From Lama glama (lineage: Eukaryota), in contig CM052817.1 of NCBI GenBank assembly GCA_028534125.1, positions 11,658,001-11,722,000 on the forward strand: a DNA stretch of 64,000 nucleotides, read 5' to 3'. The notes beneath the pieces were generated by a model that was given only the letters and a program-made list of their open reading frames with translations, was not told the DNA's origin and searched no databases. Below, piece after piece: positions 38,591 through 52,789 of the stretch. The first letter of the stretch is position 1; every line of letters starts with the position of its first letter. The position numbers and the translations under genes were made by a program.

Positions 38591-40809
38591 AGCTGAGTAG
38601 GCAGCTCCAGACAATGGGTACCTAGATGTGCCTGATATACCTCTGTGCAAGGGGAGTATACTCATGGCAGAGTCCCAGGATCACCCTGCATCCAACAGGG
38701 TCAGGTGGCACACCAGTCTTACCTATGAGAGGTGAGGGAGCACGTCAGTAATGTCAGCTCAGGTGCTACCTCGAAGCAGATGCAAAAAGACCTTGATGTT
38801 GACGAACACAAGGAGTATCAGGCCCTCGGCAGGGGTCAGATTGCACTCAACATCAGCTGCAGTACAAGGCTTCCTGCGGGTTCAGTTCCATGGAAGACAT
38901 CCAAACCATCACTGCATTTGCTAGTTTTTTAAATGTATATGAGAGAGTTCCATAATCATAAAGGTGAGATGATGTGAAAAGTCATCTGAGAGGTTTCCCA
39001 AAATGTTGTGTGTAACAGTGGTAATATATGACATTATATTAGGAGATTCATAGATAAAATTAGTTTAATAGTTGTAACTTCACTTTTAGTATTCTTAGAT
39101 AGTGATACATTTCCAATTACATGGTGATTAAAGTTTTTAATTTTAATTTTAATTTATTAAAATTTAATTTTACTTAAATTTAAAGAAAAATATGAAATAC
39201 AGGCAGATGACTTGTGGATAGGGCAAAAAATTATGAAGTGATGAGGTTATCTACTAGCTGGCCAATGATGGAGCCATGACAGGAAGCAAGACCTTTCAAC
39301 CCTTTCAAGGACATTTTGTTGGCTCTCCAAGAATGACTGTCTTTCACAAAAGGAAAGCTGGCTATAGCATGATCTGGGTGACACATCTTTTAGAGAAATA
39401 AACCCACTGTGGAGTGATGTTGAAAGTCTTGACTGCCAGTTCTGTGTGCATGTTGAGGAAGATCAAATGTGAGGCAGGAAAATGTGATTCAGAGATATCT
39501 AAAAGAGAGCTGAGACTGAAATTTATGCAGGCTGTGAGAAGAAGTGGAAAGCACTTTCTAAGAAGAAGGAAAGAGTCTGGAGGCGCCAGGACAGAGCTAA
39601 GTGGACCTGGACAAGATACAGTTGGGGAGAAGGTTGGCTGGAATCCAGCTGTGACTGCTTTCTGTAGGGCATCTTTAACTTGTTGTTGGCTGGGAGAGGG
39701 AGCTATTTAGGGGACAGGGAACTTCTGACAGGGACAATCCCATTGACAGAAGGTTTTGAAGGTTTATTTTGTGTTTCTACTTTAAACTTTGGGAGGTACC
39801 TAGAAAAGTTTAAATTATATTTTAAGCATGACCCCTACTAGTGGGCAGGAGTAATGTTTTCTTGAACTTGCTATGTGCATAGTAGGTCTGAAATAAATGT
39901 TTAGAGGCAAAGATGGAATGTTTGGCATCATTACTCATCTGCAAGCAGAAATAAACACTTTGGGAACCTCCCTCTTTGCCATATAATCTCTTTCCTCCTT
40001 TTGTTTTCAAAGCTCTACTATAATGGCTACTTGAACTAGAAGGATCTGACTGCCTTGAGAGACTCCTGGATTGAATGCTGTAGGAACCAGCAGAGAGCAC
40101 ATTTCAGAGAACAAGAGGATAGTGACAAGAGGGTAAGCAGGTCCCGCACTGTCATGTCAGTTGTACTCTTTATTCTGGATTGCCAACAATTTAGAAACTT
40201 GTCATATTACTGAGTGCATGCTGACTGATGGTTCTTGCCCTGTAAAGAAATCTAAGGAATGGGATGTTTCTAACTTGTTTGATGTCTTTATGTTTTGCTT
40301 CTGCTGGGACAGAGGTTTGATAGTCAGACTTGCTTTCAGGCAGCCTGTTGGGCAAATGGTGTACAGGCAACACCGGTTCTCAGATTCCCCACCACATCCC
40401 TGTCAATCAAGATATACTGTGTATTGTATCGTCTCCAAGGATTCTGGCAGCTATGTTGTATCAACTGTATAATTGAAATAACGGAAAATTGTACCACAAA
40501 ACACTCATTTATCTGTACGATAATTACTGAAAGTTATTTGGCTCATTGTGATACTTATTAAGTATCTATTAGTTAAATTAATAACAGAATGCTTCTAACT
40601 CCAATTGTTATAAATTGATTTTCATATATATTTTCAATTATGATAGTCATTCAGTATCCCCCTATAGTTTTGTTGATTTCTTTGAAGTCAAGGGCTGTGC
40701 ACAGTTAGTACAATAAGTTCAAAGAAGTAATATACTCTAAGGGTAAAGAAAGAAAGCAGTAGATGAGACATCAGGAACGCTAAGTTTCTTGGCTCTATCA
40801 AGTATAGTT

Positions 40810-41330
40810 ATTGTAATTAACATTTATTGCATGCTTACAATGTGCTAGGCACTTTACACATACTGTCTTACTTAGTTCTTACAATAAAGCTCTGTAAAAG
40901 GTGCATCAGAGGTGCCTGGTTTTCCACCAGGATTTAGTGTTGTGTTTTCTCCTTCTTTGAAATACCACAAGACCTTATTTCCCAGCCCACTTGCTTGTGG
41001 GAGCAGGTGTATGACTAGTTCTTAGGAACAGAGTGGGAATACAAGTGATGTGAGTCACCTCTGGATTGAGATGAAAAGAGATCATGTGTTTTCTTCACAT
41101 ACTCTCCTTTTCATCCACTGCCTGAAGGAGAGATGGGTCCTAAAAAATAGCAGAGCCATATGAGGAAAGTTATCGTTATTAAGTCCATTTCACAGAAGAA
41201 GAAACTGAGGGCAGAGAGATCAAGTAACTCACACAGAATAAGCAAGTGGCAAAGCTGGGGCTTGATTAAGTAACTTAACTTGGCATGTCTTCATAACCAC
41301 TAAGTATACAGCTAGTCATTTAACCTAAGC
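40810..41330 (-). mobile_element. MIR interrupted by an MLT1J-like fragment (~40900-41165)
   Basis: catttattgcatgcttacaatgtgctaggcact...ccatttcacagaagaagaaactgagggcagagag; tatttcccagcccacttgc lies between the two parts. Confidence 0.7.
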
Positions 41331-41944
41331 CACTGCAGCTCTCCCAAGTCAATTTCCTCAGCTATAAATGGAGGTGTTTAGACTGTCTTGCAGGCATATT
41401 ATGGAGATTAATGAGTTAACACATTAAAAAGCTAATAAGAACACAGCACAAAACAACTAAAAAAAAAGACTCTGTGTGTGTATGTGTGTGCATGCACTTG
41501 AGCACATATTTGGAACTTTGTCACTTCAAGGCTGCTTTTTAATAAATGGTTCATGGCTGAAGCCTGAGAATCTCTTTATCACTCGAGAATTTCTGTTTAG
41601 TGACATTGGTTAGATAGAATTTGACCTGTTGTATGAATTATGCTTTCCATCTAAGGAGACTGTTTGGATACTAATTTGCTCTCTAGCTTCTAAGCAGCCA
41701 TGGATAGGGAGAGGGTCAGGCAGCTCCTCAGGCTGCTCCAGGGCAGCTTCTGCTACTGGGTCCTGCAGGAAGCCGTGTTCATCCCTCCTGAGAAGGAAAG
41801 GCAGGCGGGCTTAGGATGAGGGTGGGTGGTCAGCAAATATGCAGGCAGTGCACAGCTCTCCTGAGCTTCACAGAAATGAAGTCAAGATCAAAATTCAGAG
41901 AAAAGATTATTTTGATTTTCATTTTGAAAAAAATTTTTTTGAAG

Positions 41945-42170
41945 CGACATGGTGAGAGGACTAAGAGTAATAATAATGGTATTTGAGCCTTTAATGAACT
42001 AATTTGGACTTTGGTGTGCTTAACAATTTTTTGAAGTCTCAGTTTTCTTATCTGTAAAATGAAGATAATATTGACTCTGCCTTCTTAGAATTGCTCTGAA
42101 GATAGAATGAGGTTATGCCCATGAAGGTGATCTGCAAATGCTCAACAACTGTATAAACCTAAGTCCTTGT
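41945..42170 (+). mobile_element. MIR SINE
   Basis: gtctcagttttcttatctgtaaaatgaagataata. Confidence 0.75.
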
Positions 42171-42469
42171 TGTTGAAGTGATATTTTTGTGATTCAGTTG
42201 CATTTGTAGTTTCCAGCATCTGAAAGACAAAAAAAAACAAAAAAACAAAAAAACAAAACCCATACCTCATTTTCAGTATGAAAGAAGTGATATGTCTGTT
42301 CCCCAGCCCTGCCTGATTCTTTGATCACTGCATGGCTGATTCTTTTAGCCCTTTTCATTGTCAATGTTTCTGTACCCAGGATAGACCCATGGAGGGTACA
42401 GATGTTATACGGTGTAAACTTAACTAAAAAAAGTCAGGGAAGATCCACCGGTTAATTAGCTTGCTTGTT

Positions 42470-43310
42470 TGTTAACGCAACATGTATTAAGAGCCCGCTA
42501 AGCGTATTGGATACTGGAGATGCAAAAGAGGAGTAAGACAGAGTCTTGCTCTTGCTGCCAAGTTACTCATAGCACAGTGAGAAAACATACTCCTTAATGG
42601 TTCTTATACAGTGATGTAGCAGGTGCAATGAGAGAATTAAATACAGGGTACAATGGAAGAACAGAGGAGGGGTACTTAATACATCCTTGTCAGGGAAGGC
42701 TTCCTACAAAGGGTGACTGCTCCAGTCTTGGAGCTTGAACAGAAAATAACTCAGGTTAAAGTGATCTGCTGAAGATGGAAAAAGAAGGGCATTTGGGTAG
42801 AGAGACTACCATAATCAAAGTTACAAACACAAGAAATAGCATGGTATAGTATAACCAGCTTGGTGTTCCTGGAGCATAACAGTGTGCGTGTGGATATGTG
42901 TGTGTGGAAGGATAAGAGGAACATGTTAAGAAAATTTTATCCTGAATGAAAACATGAAAGGATTGCAAGCACGTAGTGGTTGAGGTTGGGGTGGAGTTGT
43001 TGGCAGCTATGTCAGGAGAAATACCACTGTAGTAACTCATATGAGTTGGTGGGAATCTGAACTATGGCTGTGGTAGCTGAGACCGAAGTTAAAAAAAGAA
43101 TCAAGAAGATAACCTGGGTTGAAAATCCAGCAGCCTCGCAAGAGGGAAGAGTTTCGGTTGAATTTCAGGTTTCTAGTTTGGGTTATGGGTTGATGGTTTT
43201 GCCACCAGCTGAGACGGGGACTGCAGGAAGCAGTTCAGATTTAGAAGACAGTAAATTCAATATTGTACTTACTGAGTGTGAAAGGACTTCAGGTCACCCA
43301 GGTGGGATGG
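42470..43310 (-). mobile_element. L2 LINE
   Basis: aacatgtattaagagcccgcta...gatactggagatgc...gtcagggaaggcttcc. Confidence 0.7.
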
Positions 43311-44314
43311 TAGCGCCCAGTCAGAAGGCGCTTGTGACTTTCTGGGCATGCGTGGGGTGGATTAGCCACATTTAGGGGCAGGTTAGTAGTAACCAGGTGG
43401 GAGAATTTCACTCTTTGGAGCAGACGCTGCTCCGTGGTCTCTGTGGCATCTGTAAGCTAAATGTATTCCCTTGAATGCTCTACCCTTAATCCCAGGTAGT
43501 GGCGCTTGGACTCTGCTGAATGAAAACTGAAAAATCGAATGCAAAGTGGCAAAGAGCTCTGGGCAGGGAGTTGGGAGTCTCGGGTTCTAGTTCCTACTCT
43601 GCCTCCAGGTAAGTCAGGTCACCTCTTGAGCCTCTCCTTCCTTATCTTTTAAAGGATAAATGGGATTATTGACTTCTAGATTTCATTCAAGTCTTGAGGT
43701 TCTGTAAACTATCTATGCTGTTCTTCTGTTTTACAATACTGACTTTTAATTCTAAAATTAGTAAAATATTAAACAATAGACTATCTTAAATAAAAAAAGT
43801 AAAGGTGCAAAATCTTCTAAATTACTGAGTTCCTGGAAACTGGTCATAAATCTGTATACAGTTCCTCTTCTGCTACCAGGATTTCCATTAACCTGGAGCT
43901 CTATTAACCAGTCCTGCACATGCAGTGTGATCTCAGAGCAGGGCTGTAAGTTGATGCCCTCCGTATGCTGATGATTGATATTCATCGTGGTTGCCTTGAG
44001 GCAATAGGGAAACCCAAAGTCATCAAAGACAGAGGAAATTATGTCCTGCCTGGTTTCAAAGGTGAACTGTATTGCTTTCACATGATTTGAAAGTCATTAA
44101 TCTGTATGTGGTGTATATCAGGGCTCCCTGACCTTTTTGTGGGGAGAATTTTTTTAATTTCCGTAAGAGAGATTCTTTGATTAACCAGAATTTCCTCTTT
44201 GCCTGAATACATTAGATAAGAGGGTTTCATATTTACTTATGAGATCCATTGCTATATTCATCTTAGTTTTATGCTCATTTGATGTTAGACAGAATTGAAG
44301 ATGAATCTGATCTT

Positions 44315-44495
44315 TGAGGTGTAGTGGGAACACCTCTGGGTTACAAGTCAGAAGACCCAAGGCGCAGCCTTGGCTGTGTCACTAACGAACTGTGTGACCC
44401 TGGGCAAATCATTACAGTCTCTGGGCTTTAATTTCACCATCTGTAAAATTAGAAGCTTGTAATAGATAAACTTTAAGGCCCTTGAGATTCTAAAA
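44315..44495 (+). mobile_element. MIR SINE
   Basis: gtcactaacgaactgtgtgaccctgggcaaatca...tctctgggctttaatttcaccatctgtaaaat. Confidence 0.85.
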
Positions 44496-45649
44496 TGCCA
44501 TACGTACCTATCTGCCAAATGCTTCAGTTAAATGCAACATTAATTTACACTATATTATTTTTCTACTCAAGATAACATTAGCTCTATTTCATAACTAAGG
44601 AGCCGGGACCTAATGAGAATAAATACCTTGTTCATGGCAGCACCCGAGCTTGAATTCCAGTATTTGGTTTTCAGGCCTGGTGCTCTTTCCTGCACATGTG
44701 CTGCCATGGCTCTCTTGAGAGCAGAATGGGGTGGTGGCTGTGAAAACAAACTAGGGACTTGGAGGACAAGAGGCTTTGCCTGTCATTGTCTCTTGAGAGG
44801 CTGGTGTATATTTCACTGTCTTTCTCAGTTTAAGAAATGCTCTGCACTGCTTTTTCGTGGCTTCTGATTATTGCTTTCAATCTTTCTTGGATCAAATCAT
44901 GTCTCTTGGCAGCTGCGATACTGTAATATGAGGATCAGATCTGCCTGCCTGTCTCAATAGCTGTCAGTTTATCTCTGGGTATTTTTAGGTGCCTGAGATA
45001 AAGGTAATATAAATACAATGAAAGAATGAATTTCTTTCAGACACTTTGTGCCATTTGTATAAAGGAATGGAAATCTCCTTTAAAAATATTGTTTTTCTCA
45101 AAATGTGTTGTCTGGATGTAACTTGGTGTTACAAAACCATAAAACGTTTTAGTGGCCAAATGAACTTAGGTAAGATTTTTCAATATAGTGAGAATTCTCT
45201 AAGCCTTTAAAACAAGAATGCTCATTGTGAATTTAAAGGAGGGAGGAAGCATATGCTCTTCCCTAACCTTAGTAAACTACAAAATGTCCCTCAGCCTATC
45301 TCGCCACTCCAACAGCAGAATGCTACAGGGCTTGTTTTCTGAAGAACTGATTTTGTACATAGTGTTCTAAAGTCCCATGTGCCATAAGGAAGGACAACTA
45401 TCAGTTATTAAACACCTGCTCAAGTTATTTTATATACTTTTTTCAACTCGATGGGGTGGTCTTTTGACCCATACTTATATAAGGAAGAACTTGAGGCTCA
45501 GATAGGTTAAGGAGCACAGTTTGTAAGAGCATAGCCTGGATTCAAACCTGCATCTGTCAAGTTCTGATTATTTACTACATTTCACTGTGTATTTTAGGGT
45601 GAGATAGTGACAGTCCAAACACCTGGGCTGAGGGAGCAATGTTCTCTAC

Positions 45650-45945
45650 TTCGGGATCAGTCTCGCCGCACTCAGACCTGTGCGGAGCCGGCTAGAGGCA
45701 ACATGGCGGCTTATCTCCACTGATAGCTTTCCCCTCTATTACCCTTTCCCTCCCTCCCTCTGCAATGGTTTCCCCAGGCTTCTGGGAAAAAGGGTTATTA
45801 TGAACAAGGCAGACCTTGTGGGGTTCCTGTTTTTTGGAAGACCTGATTCTGTCTTCCAAGATTTGGTTCCGCTTTTGGAATGGGAAGTTTCCCAGCAGAG
45901 AGGCGAAAGCCCAACAGCGTGGCAGGTTTGACAGGAAGTTGCTAC
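45650..45945. promoter_or_regulatory. Putative cis-regulatory element (YY1, NF-kB-like and ETS motifs; local CpG retention)
   Basis: AACATGGCGGC 45700-45710; GGGAAGTTTCCC 45882-45893; ACAGGAAGT 45931-45939; about 9 CpGs. Confidence 0.35.
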
Positions 45946-47029
45946 TCATGTTCACATCTTGGATGCATTTCAGTGACATCTGATTTATGTAGAGTGTTTT
46001 GTATATGCTGTTCATTTTGTGACAGTGTTAGTGGGGTCATCTGGAAAGAATTGGGGGCATTGGAGGCTGGCAGTCCTCAGGGTGAATTTCAGCTCCAGCA
46101 CCTAATTGCTTCAGGTCTTGGAAGTGTTACTTTATGTTCCTAACCTTCACCTACCTTGCAAGGTGCTCGGAGGATTCAGTTAGGCAATGCACGCATGATC
46201 ACTGGCATATAGGCAGGAGTTCAGTGGATAGTAACAATTATCACTACTATTACTAGCATAATTAGTATTACTAGTATAACCTAAGCCCTTTCTTTATACT
46301 TCCCAGTAGCTGTTCTTTGCTGTCCTTGGTGAAATGGAGATCAAGGGACTATTTCTCATGATTACTCATGGTTTGGAGAGTCATCAGGGGGTCTGTAATC
46401 CCTGGAGCACTTCTCTCCGCACGGGGAGGGCAAGTTCTTAACCAGGTGCTACAGAGCAGGAGGCACTCCTGACACTGTTCTTCCACGGACTGAGCATAAC
46501 TGAAGTATGGTGTGGGTTTAAGCTCTTTTAGTAAAGGAAGCATATGAGTACCTACAATGAATTTCAAGGACCAGGAATTGTGGCTTTACCTAGCTAATCT
46601 TTTTGTTGTACCTTAGCTCGTAGAGGAGGGGCATGTTGGGGGTAGTAAGAAAAGATCTCATGGTTTAGGATATCCCATGGGGATGATATCTCATCTTTTT
46701 AACCTTTCATCTTCCCAATGTCCCCTTCTATACCTCCAGTGTAATCTTTTCCTCACCTTTGGTGTCTCTGACACTGTTTTGGATTCTTCCACCTTTCTGT
46801 ATAAACAGATTCTCAGCTACATCTGTTTTTGTGTGTGTGTGTGTATTTTGCAAATGCTGCCTGAATAGTCTTTAGCTAATTATTAATGGGATTTTTCCTT
46901 TGTTCAGTCATCTATTGCCTCCAAAGCCATGGTAGGATAACTCTAGTCCTCTAGGTGGGAGGCAGGGAGAGTGGAGTGTTTCAGCTTCAATTTCCCTATT
47001 TTTCAACAATGCTGGCTATATCTACATTT

Positions 47030-48960
47030 GCCTGAAATATCCAAGAGGAAAAGAAAACAAACTTCTCTAAAGAGGCATTTTAAGAATCCAGCAGTCACAA
47101 AGGAAGACCAGTGAGATTTGCAAACAGAACATGTGCCTGAAAAAATCTCGATGACAAGATAAATAAAAAATAATGAAACACTGGATGATATTCAAATGCA
47201 GCACACACACATAATGTCATGCAATGACACCATCACCACCACCAACCCCCCCCACCAAAACAACAAAAGTGCCCATGAGTTCCTATGTACACAGTTCTGC
47301 AGAAGAATTGAAGGAGGAGATTGTTACTGATGAGATAAAATTTATAAGTGCAAGAATTACCTCAAATCACAAAGTTAAAAAATAAAAAAGCAAAACAAGA
47401 GGGAAACAATAAGGGACTTAAGGATAGATCTATGGGACTTGCAAAGACATTTCAGAAGAGAAGCAATGAAACAAATCAACACCTGAAAGGGATCACTGGG
47501 TTTTAGAGTGAGTTGATGAGAAAATAACCAATACTTTAAGGCAAGAGAAGATAAGGAGACGATGAGCATGGGTGCAGAATCAATCTCAGTTTCTCTTTCT
47601 CTCTAAAAATTAGGTTCAAGAGGATAAAACAGATTGAGAATATGTAATATAAGTGCTAAACTTGGGGTCTTAAAAGGGAAGATATATACTGATTTTCTGT
47701 AAGGAAAAATCAAATAATAATGTAGGACTAAAAGCAATAATCTATTTCAGCAAAACTAGGATCCTGTGGTGGAGGAAGAGGAGAAAATAGCTCTTCTTAT
47801 TAGGGTGGATCAAAGGGAGGAAATAAATTGTCTTGGTGGAGAAAATAGTTGATATCTTGTTTTCTTAAAAGAACAGAGGAGTTTGTGATTATGAGAACAG
47901 GGACAAAGAAGGTGGTCACTGTGAAATGCAAAATAATAGAACTTCCAAATTAAGAAGGAGAAAAATAGAATAGCAATTCGATTAAATCATCAAACATGAA
48001 AGAGAATGAGGAAATAATAATGCAAAATAAACTAAATTATCATGAAAAGAAGAAATCAAATCATACAGAATATGAGCAAACTGAGTTTTCCCTTTTAAAG
48101 GGCAAACATTTTCAATTGGTTAAAACACAAAACTGAGCTGTACGCCTTAAAAATCTACATCTATGTCTACGTATCTTTATACTTAAGGAAGTGGTGAAGA
48201 AAGAAAATTAAAGTGGGTCAGAGAGATACAAAATCAAAAGGAAAATGCAAACAAAAAGAAAGCAGTCATGGCAGCTTTATGTTATGACAGGGGAATTCAA
48301 GGTTAAATGCACTGAATAAAATAACAAGGGACATTATGTAAATGCAGTAATTTATGAGGGTAATATATTTATATTCATTTGCCCATGAAATATTTACAAA
48401 AATCAATCATTTACTTGACCATAAATTAAACCTTCAAAATAAAAACTAGAAACTTCATAAGGCGTATTTTTTGATAAATTCAATACAAATTAAAATAAAT
48501 AATAAACAGGTGACAAAAATCTTATCTTTTTGGAAATTATGAAAAACTCCACTACATAAACTTGGAACAAAAAAGATTTTAAAAGAGGGTTTATAAACTA
48601 TAAAAAATACTTAGTAGCAAAACCTATGGGACATGGAGCTATATATACAGAGAACATTTTAGAGTTTTAATGCCTCTAAGATGTTTTCACCGTTAAAGAA
48701 GAAAGAAAAAATATGGATACTTATTTTAAGAAATTAATAGAATACAAAACAAAAATTAACTAGGAAGAGGGAATTAATCAAGGTAAAAGTTGAATTAAAT
48801 AACATAAAAATAAACATAGTAGAAATAATGAATCAATGCAAGAGCTGATTGCTAAAATGTCCACTAAAAATAGATGAACCCACATTAAGTCTGGGGGAAA
48901 GGAGAGATCAAATATTAAAGAGAAAGGAGATACACGCAAAGATGAGAGAGGTGAAGAGAA
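47030..48960 (+). mobile_element. Very old L1 body (ORF1 to ORF2 EN remnants), probably continuing at ~50050-50670
   Basis: A-rich decayed L1 text (caaaacctatgggacatgg, gacaaacccattaag-like, tgaacaaatggaaagacataccttgttc). Confidence 0.6.
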
Positions 48961-48989
48961 CCATCTGTGAATACTGCACACAACCTCTA

Positions 48990-49432
48990 GTGGGCACTGT
49001 GGTGTGTTGCCCAGGTATCCTCTTCAGGACTGGAAGACTCATCTCCTCATTGTGGGCAGTGTTGGTGGCTGATGGTTCATGGCTGTATCTCTCTCCAGGA
49101 ATTGCTTTTGGCTTAGGGCACTGTCTTGTCCAAGTTCCCTTCCAGCATACATGGCCCAGTGTGTACTGGTAACAGCTTACATTTCAAAACTGGCTGATAA
49201 CAGAAATATGAAATCAGTATCCTCTTGTCTCATTTTGGGACAGCTCTGTAGGACCTTAGCTCCCAGTGGGATAGCCACTGCTGCTGTTGCTTCATAGTTC
49301 AACTGCTTCCTCTGCTCAGTCACACCTCCCATGCTTTCTTATGGGTGCTTTTCCTGAGCGCACATCCCAGGAAGCCCCCTTTACGCAAATCTCCATTTCA
49401 GAGTCTGTTTCAAAGGAGCCCTGTTTAAGATA
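48990..49432 (+). mobile_element. ERV-L solo LTR, LTR16 family
   Basis: 3' end cgcaaatctccatttcagagtctgtttc; homologous to the LTR at 1407-1835. Confidence 0.75.
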
Positions 49433-49539
49433 TAGTCCTATGACAAGAAAATGAAAATCTAGAGAACATAGACAATTTCTTGTGAAAAAATTAATTACTG
49501 GGAGAGAATGCTTATTCTTCGTTTCACCATTCTCATGTT

Positions 49540-49860
49540 TCCAAATAAACTTTTCTGATGTGTAATGTACATGAAAAAAAATTGCACCCATTTTTAAGTC
49601 CAAAGATAGATGAGTTTTGACAAATATGTACATTTGGGTAACCATCACCACAACCAAAATATAGAATATTTCCTTCAACCCAAAAGATTCCCTTGTGTTC
49701 CCTTCCAGCCAGCTCCCATCTTCATGTTTGTGGCCTCAAATCACCACTGATCTGCTCTCTGTCGTCGTAGATTAGGTTTCTAGAGCACATATGCTGTGTA
49801 CTGTTTAGTGTCACACTTTGGTCGCTAGCACTCTATTTTTGAGCTTCGTCTCTGTTTGTC
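49540..49860 (-). mobile_element. L1M 3' end fragment
   Basis: tgcacccatttttaag...gatgagttttgacaaatatgtaca...gtaaccatcaccacaaccaaaatatagaatatttcc. Confidence 0.8.
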
Positions 49861-50424
49861 ATCAGGCTGTCTTCCTCTCTTTCCCTTCTCTCAGTGATGA
49901 TGGTCCTGCCATGTTTGTTGTCTATTTACCAAAAACAGTTCTTTCCTGTATTTTGTTGTAGTTGTGTAGTTCTTTAAAGCATGATGACGACTCTGGTGTC
50001 TGCACTATTCACGGGTATAAGTGGAAAACCTTGCTGTTCTTATTAAATGTTTTCTTAAATGTTATAGAGAATGCACTAGAAAAATGAAAAGGAATTAAGT
50101 GGTTTAAATATAGGTAAAAAAGGAGACAAAGCTCTTTCCATTTGCTGATGTTTAGTTTGTTTATCTAAAAAACTCTATGGATCTCCTAACAATATTTTAC
50201 ATAGTAAGAGAATATGGTAATTTGCCTGAATATAAGATTAAAACATAACATAATTGGTTTTCATTGGCCTAGTAATAAGCAACTAGAACAGAGAATGGGG
50301 AAATATCTTATCTTTAGTAGTAATAAAATCTGTAGAAAATTAAGAATAAATTGTATAAAAAGGTCAGCATTTATTTGGGGGAAAAAAAACCCACCAAAAT
50401 TCTTATTGGAGTTTTTGAAAAATA

Positions 50425-50620
50425 GTTAAGCACTTACTTTATTTTTATCACTATGCTGAGTCCTTTACGTCTATTTACTCATTTAACCTTCCCAGAAACC
50501 CTAGAAGGTTATTCTTATTATCCTCATTTCATGGATGAGATAACTGAGACACAGAGACATTAAATAACTTGTTCAAATTTGTCCAGCTTGCAGTTGGAGC
50601 CAATATTTAAAATCAGGGCT
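50425..50620 (-). mobile_element. MIR SINE
   Basis: ctcatttaaccttccc...cctcatttcatggatgagataactgagacacagagacattaaataacttg. Confidence 0.85.
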
Positions 50621-51349
50621 GAACAAATGGAAAGACATACCTTGTTCTTCCATGATATTACTTAATGCAAAAATATCTTCTTAAAATGTAAATATGATCC
50701 TGCTGCTTTCTTCCTTTAAACTCTTTATTCATTGTCTGCTGCTCTTAGGATGAACTTAAACCCTTTAGCCTGTCTAAATCTCCAAAATATTTCTTCTATC
50801 CATCACTGCCATTAGTGTGCTAGTTCGTATCTTCATCATCCACTCATTCACTCATTCATTCATTCAGCAAGTAGGTGATCTTAGTGGCAGAGGACAGATT
50901 TGAGGGGGCCAAGAGAGACAGGACTGAGTCCAGTTATGAGACTGTCATAGAACAGGCAGAAAACGATGAGAAGTCTAGGAATACGTAGGATGAGGTGTAT
51001 CTGAAATTTTAAAAGGAAAACATGACAGCACTTACAGGTTAATCGAGCGTGAGTACCGAGGGAGTTGTTCCACTCCAGCATGGCTTTCAGGATTCTAACT
51101 TGGATGATTAGTAAATACTTTCAAAGCCTTTGCCTTGTTGGAGAGGGTGGATTCCATGATTGAGCTCTACTCTAGTGTCCTTTAGCCAGACTGACATTAA
51201 CCTATTAATAAACATTTTTTGGTTTAGCATAAAAATTAGCTGTCACCCCATCAAAAGTTCTTCTTTATCAGCTTCACAGCTTATACTTTAAAAGTCTAAG
51301 CAGTAGAAGAATATAACAGTTGAGAAATTTATAGGTGTGAGGAATTGGT

Positions 51350-51580
51350 TTGATATAGTGGTTAAAATCTGGAACAGAATTACCTGGGCCTCAGTCAAAT
51401 CTCAGTTACCACTTATTAGCTCTGCCTAACCTCTCTGTAAATCAGCTTCCCCATCAACAAAGTGAGGATAAAGGCAGTGCTATGACATGGGGTTTTGTAA
51501 AGATTTAATGAGATAATGGATGTAAAGCACTTAACAAAATATGTAGCATGTAGTTTAAAATTCCCCAAATGGTATTATTA
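51350..51580 (+). mobile_element. MIR SINE
   Basis: atagtggttaaaatctgg...ccacttattagct...aagatttaatgagataatggatgtaaagcactta. Confidence 0.8.
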
Positions 51581-51744
51581 TTATTTGTAACTGATAAAAC
51601 TCTTTATTTACGTTTCTAAAATAGAGCAATAAATCCAGACAGCCATATGAAGAGACTGCGAATGTAATTTTGTATATATTAAGTTGATAAACATGAATAC
51701 CATATAATTGATTCCTATTTGTTATTTGTTACTTGCCAGAGAAT

Positions 51745-51890
51745 TTTTTTATGGTGGTAAAATATATGTAACATGAAATTTACCATTTTAGCCACTTTTA
51801 AGTGTACAGTTAATGGCATTGAGCACATTCACATTGCTCTGCAACTCTTAACATTATCTGTCTCCAGAACTTTTTCATCATTCCCAACTG
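51745..51890 (-). mobile_element. L1MB-like 3' end
   Basis: ggtggtaaaatatatgtaacatgaaatttaccattttagccacttttaagtgtacagtt...tctccagaactttttcatcattccc. Confidence 0.85.
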
Positions 51891-52789
51891 TCAGAGAATT
51901 TTAACCATTGCCCTTCTCCAGAGTTTCAGAGATACTTGTACATACATTTTGCCTTTTTGGAGATACTGCAAGTAGAAAGAGAAAGCATATTCCAAGTTTG
52001 GTCTCCCTTCCAAATGTTTGATGCCTTTCTGATTTTGTGATTCAAAGGTATTAACTCTTTCCCTTCCCCTGACCGCTGTTGCATAGAAAGTCCAGAACTT
52101 CCGTAGCATCTCACCTCCAGCTTGAGGGTGAGGCTGACACATGGATTTAAGCACCTTTCAAACTGACTTTCAGTTGAGCCAATCTATTTCCTTGATGTTT
52201 AAGCTAGTCTGAGTTCCATTTTTTTTATTTGTGAATAAAAATTCACAACTGAAACACTGCTCCAAGGGTTATATTTTGAAAAATTACGTTACCTGATGGA
52301 GTACACTTTTAAGTATCTGAAAATTCACTTATGCCAATCTACATGCTATTTTTCTGGATTTTTCCCCCTTAGGACTTTTGAATTACCCTAAATCAAGATT
52401 AATAATATAGTGACTGAGTATTGTCTACATCAACTTGAGGAAACCATCTCTCTTCCTCCTTCATACAGTTCTCAGACTGGGAGTAGGAGAATGGGTTATC
52501 TAGCTTTATCTAGAGCGTTCTAACATGAGCTGCACTTGTCTTTCTCCCTTAGCACCACTGGATGATAAATTTTCTGAATTTTTGATGCCTGCTTTCCAGG
52601 GGAGTTTAATTGTGCTGCATATGGCTTAGCCTTGTGAATCTTCTTCCCACTTTTCCTCCATTAGTGGTGTATTTGCCCCTCCCACCTCACAACTGCTCAG
52701 CATCCCAGAGGAAATGAGCTACTGGCACTGTGGTGCCTAATCTTGGACTAATCCTTAACAGAGAGAATGGACTTGAGACTTAGAGATCA

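Noticed and set aside
43424..43446. REST/RE1-like motif gacgctgctccgtggtctctg
   Set aside because: Needs a 1-bp insertion and lacks the GCTGAA half-site; too poor a match
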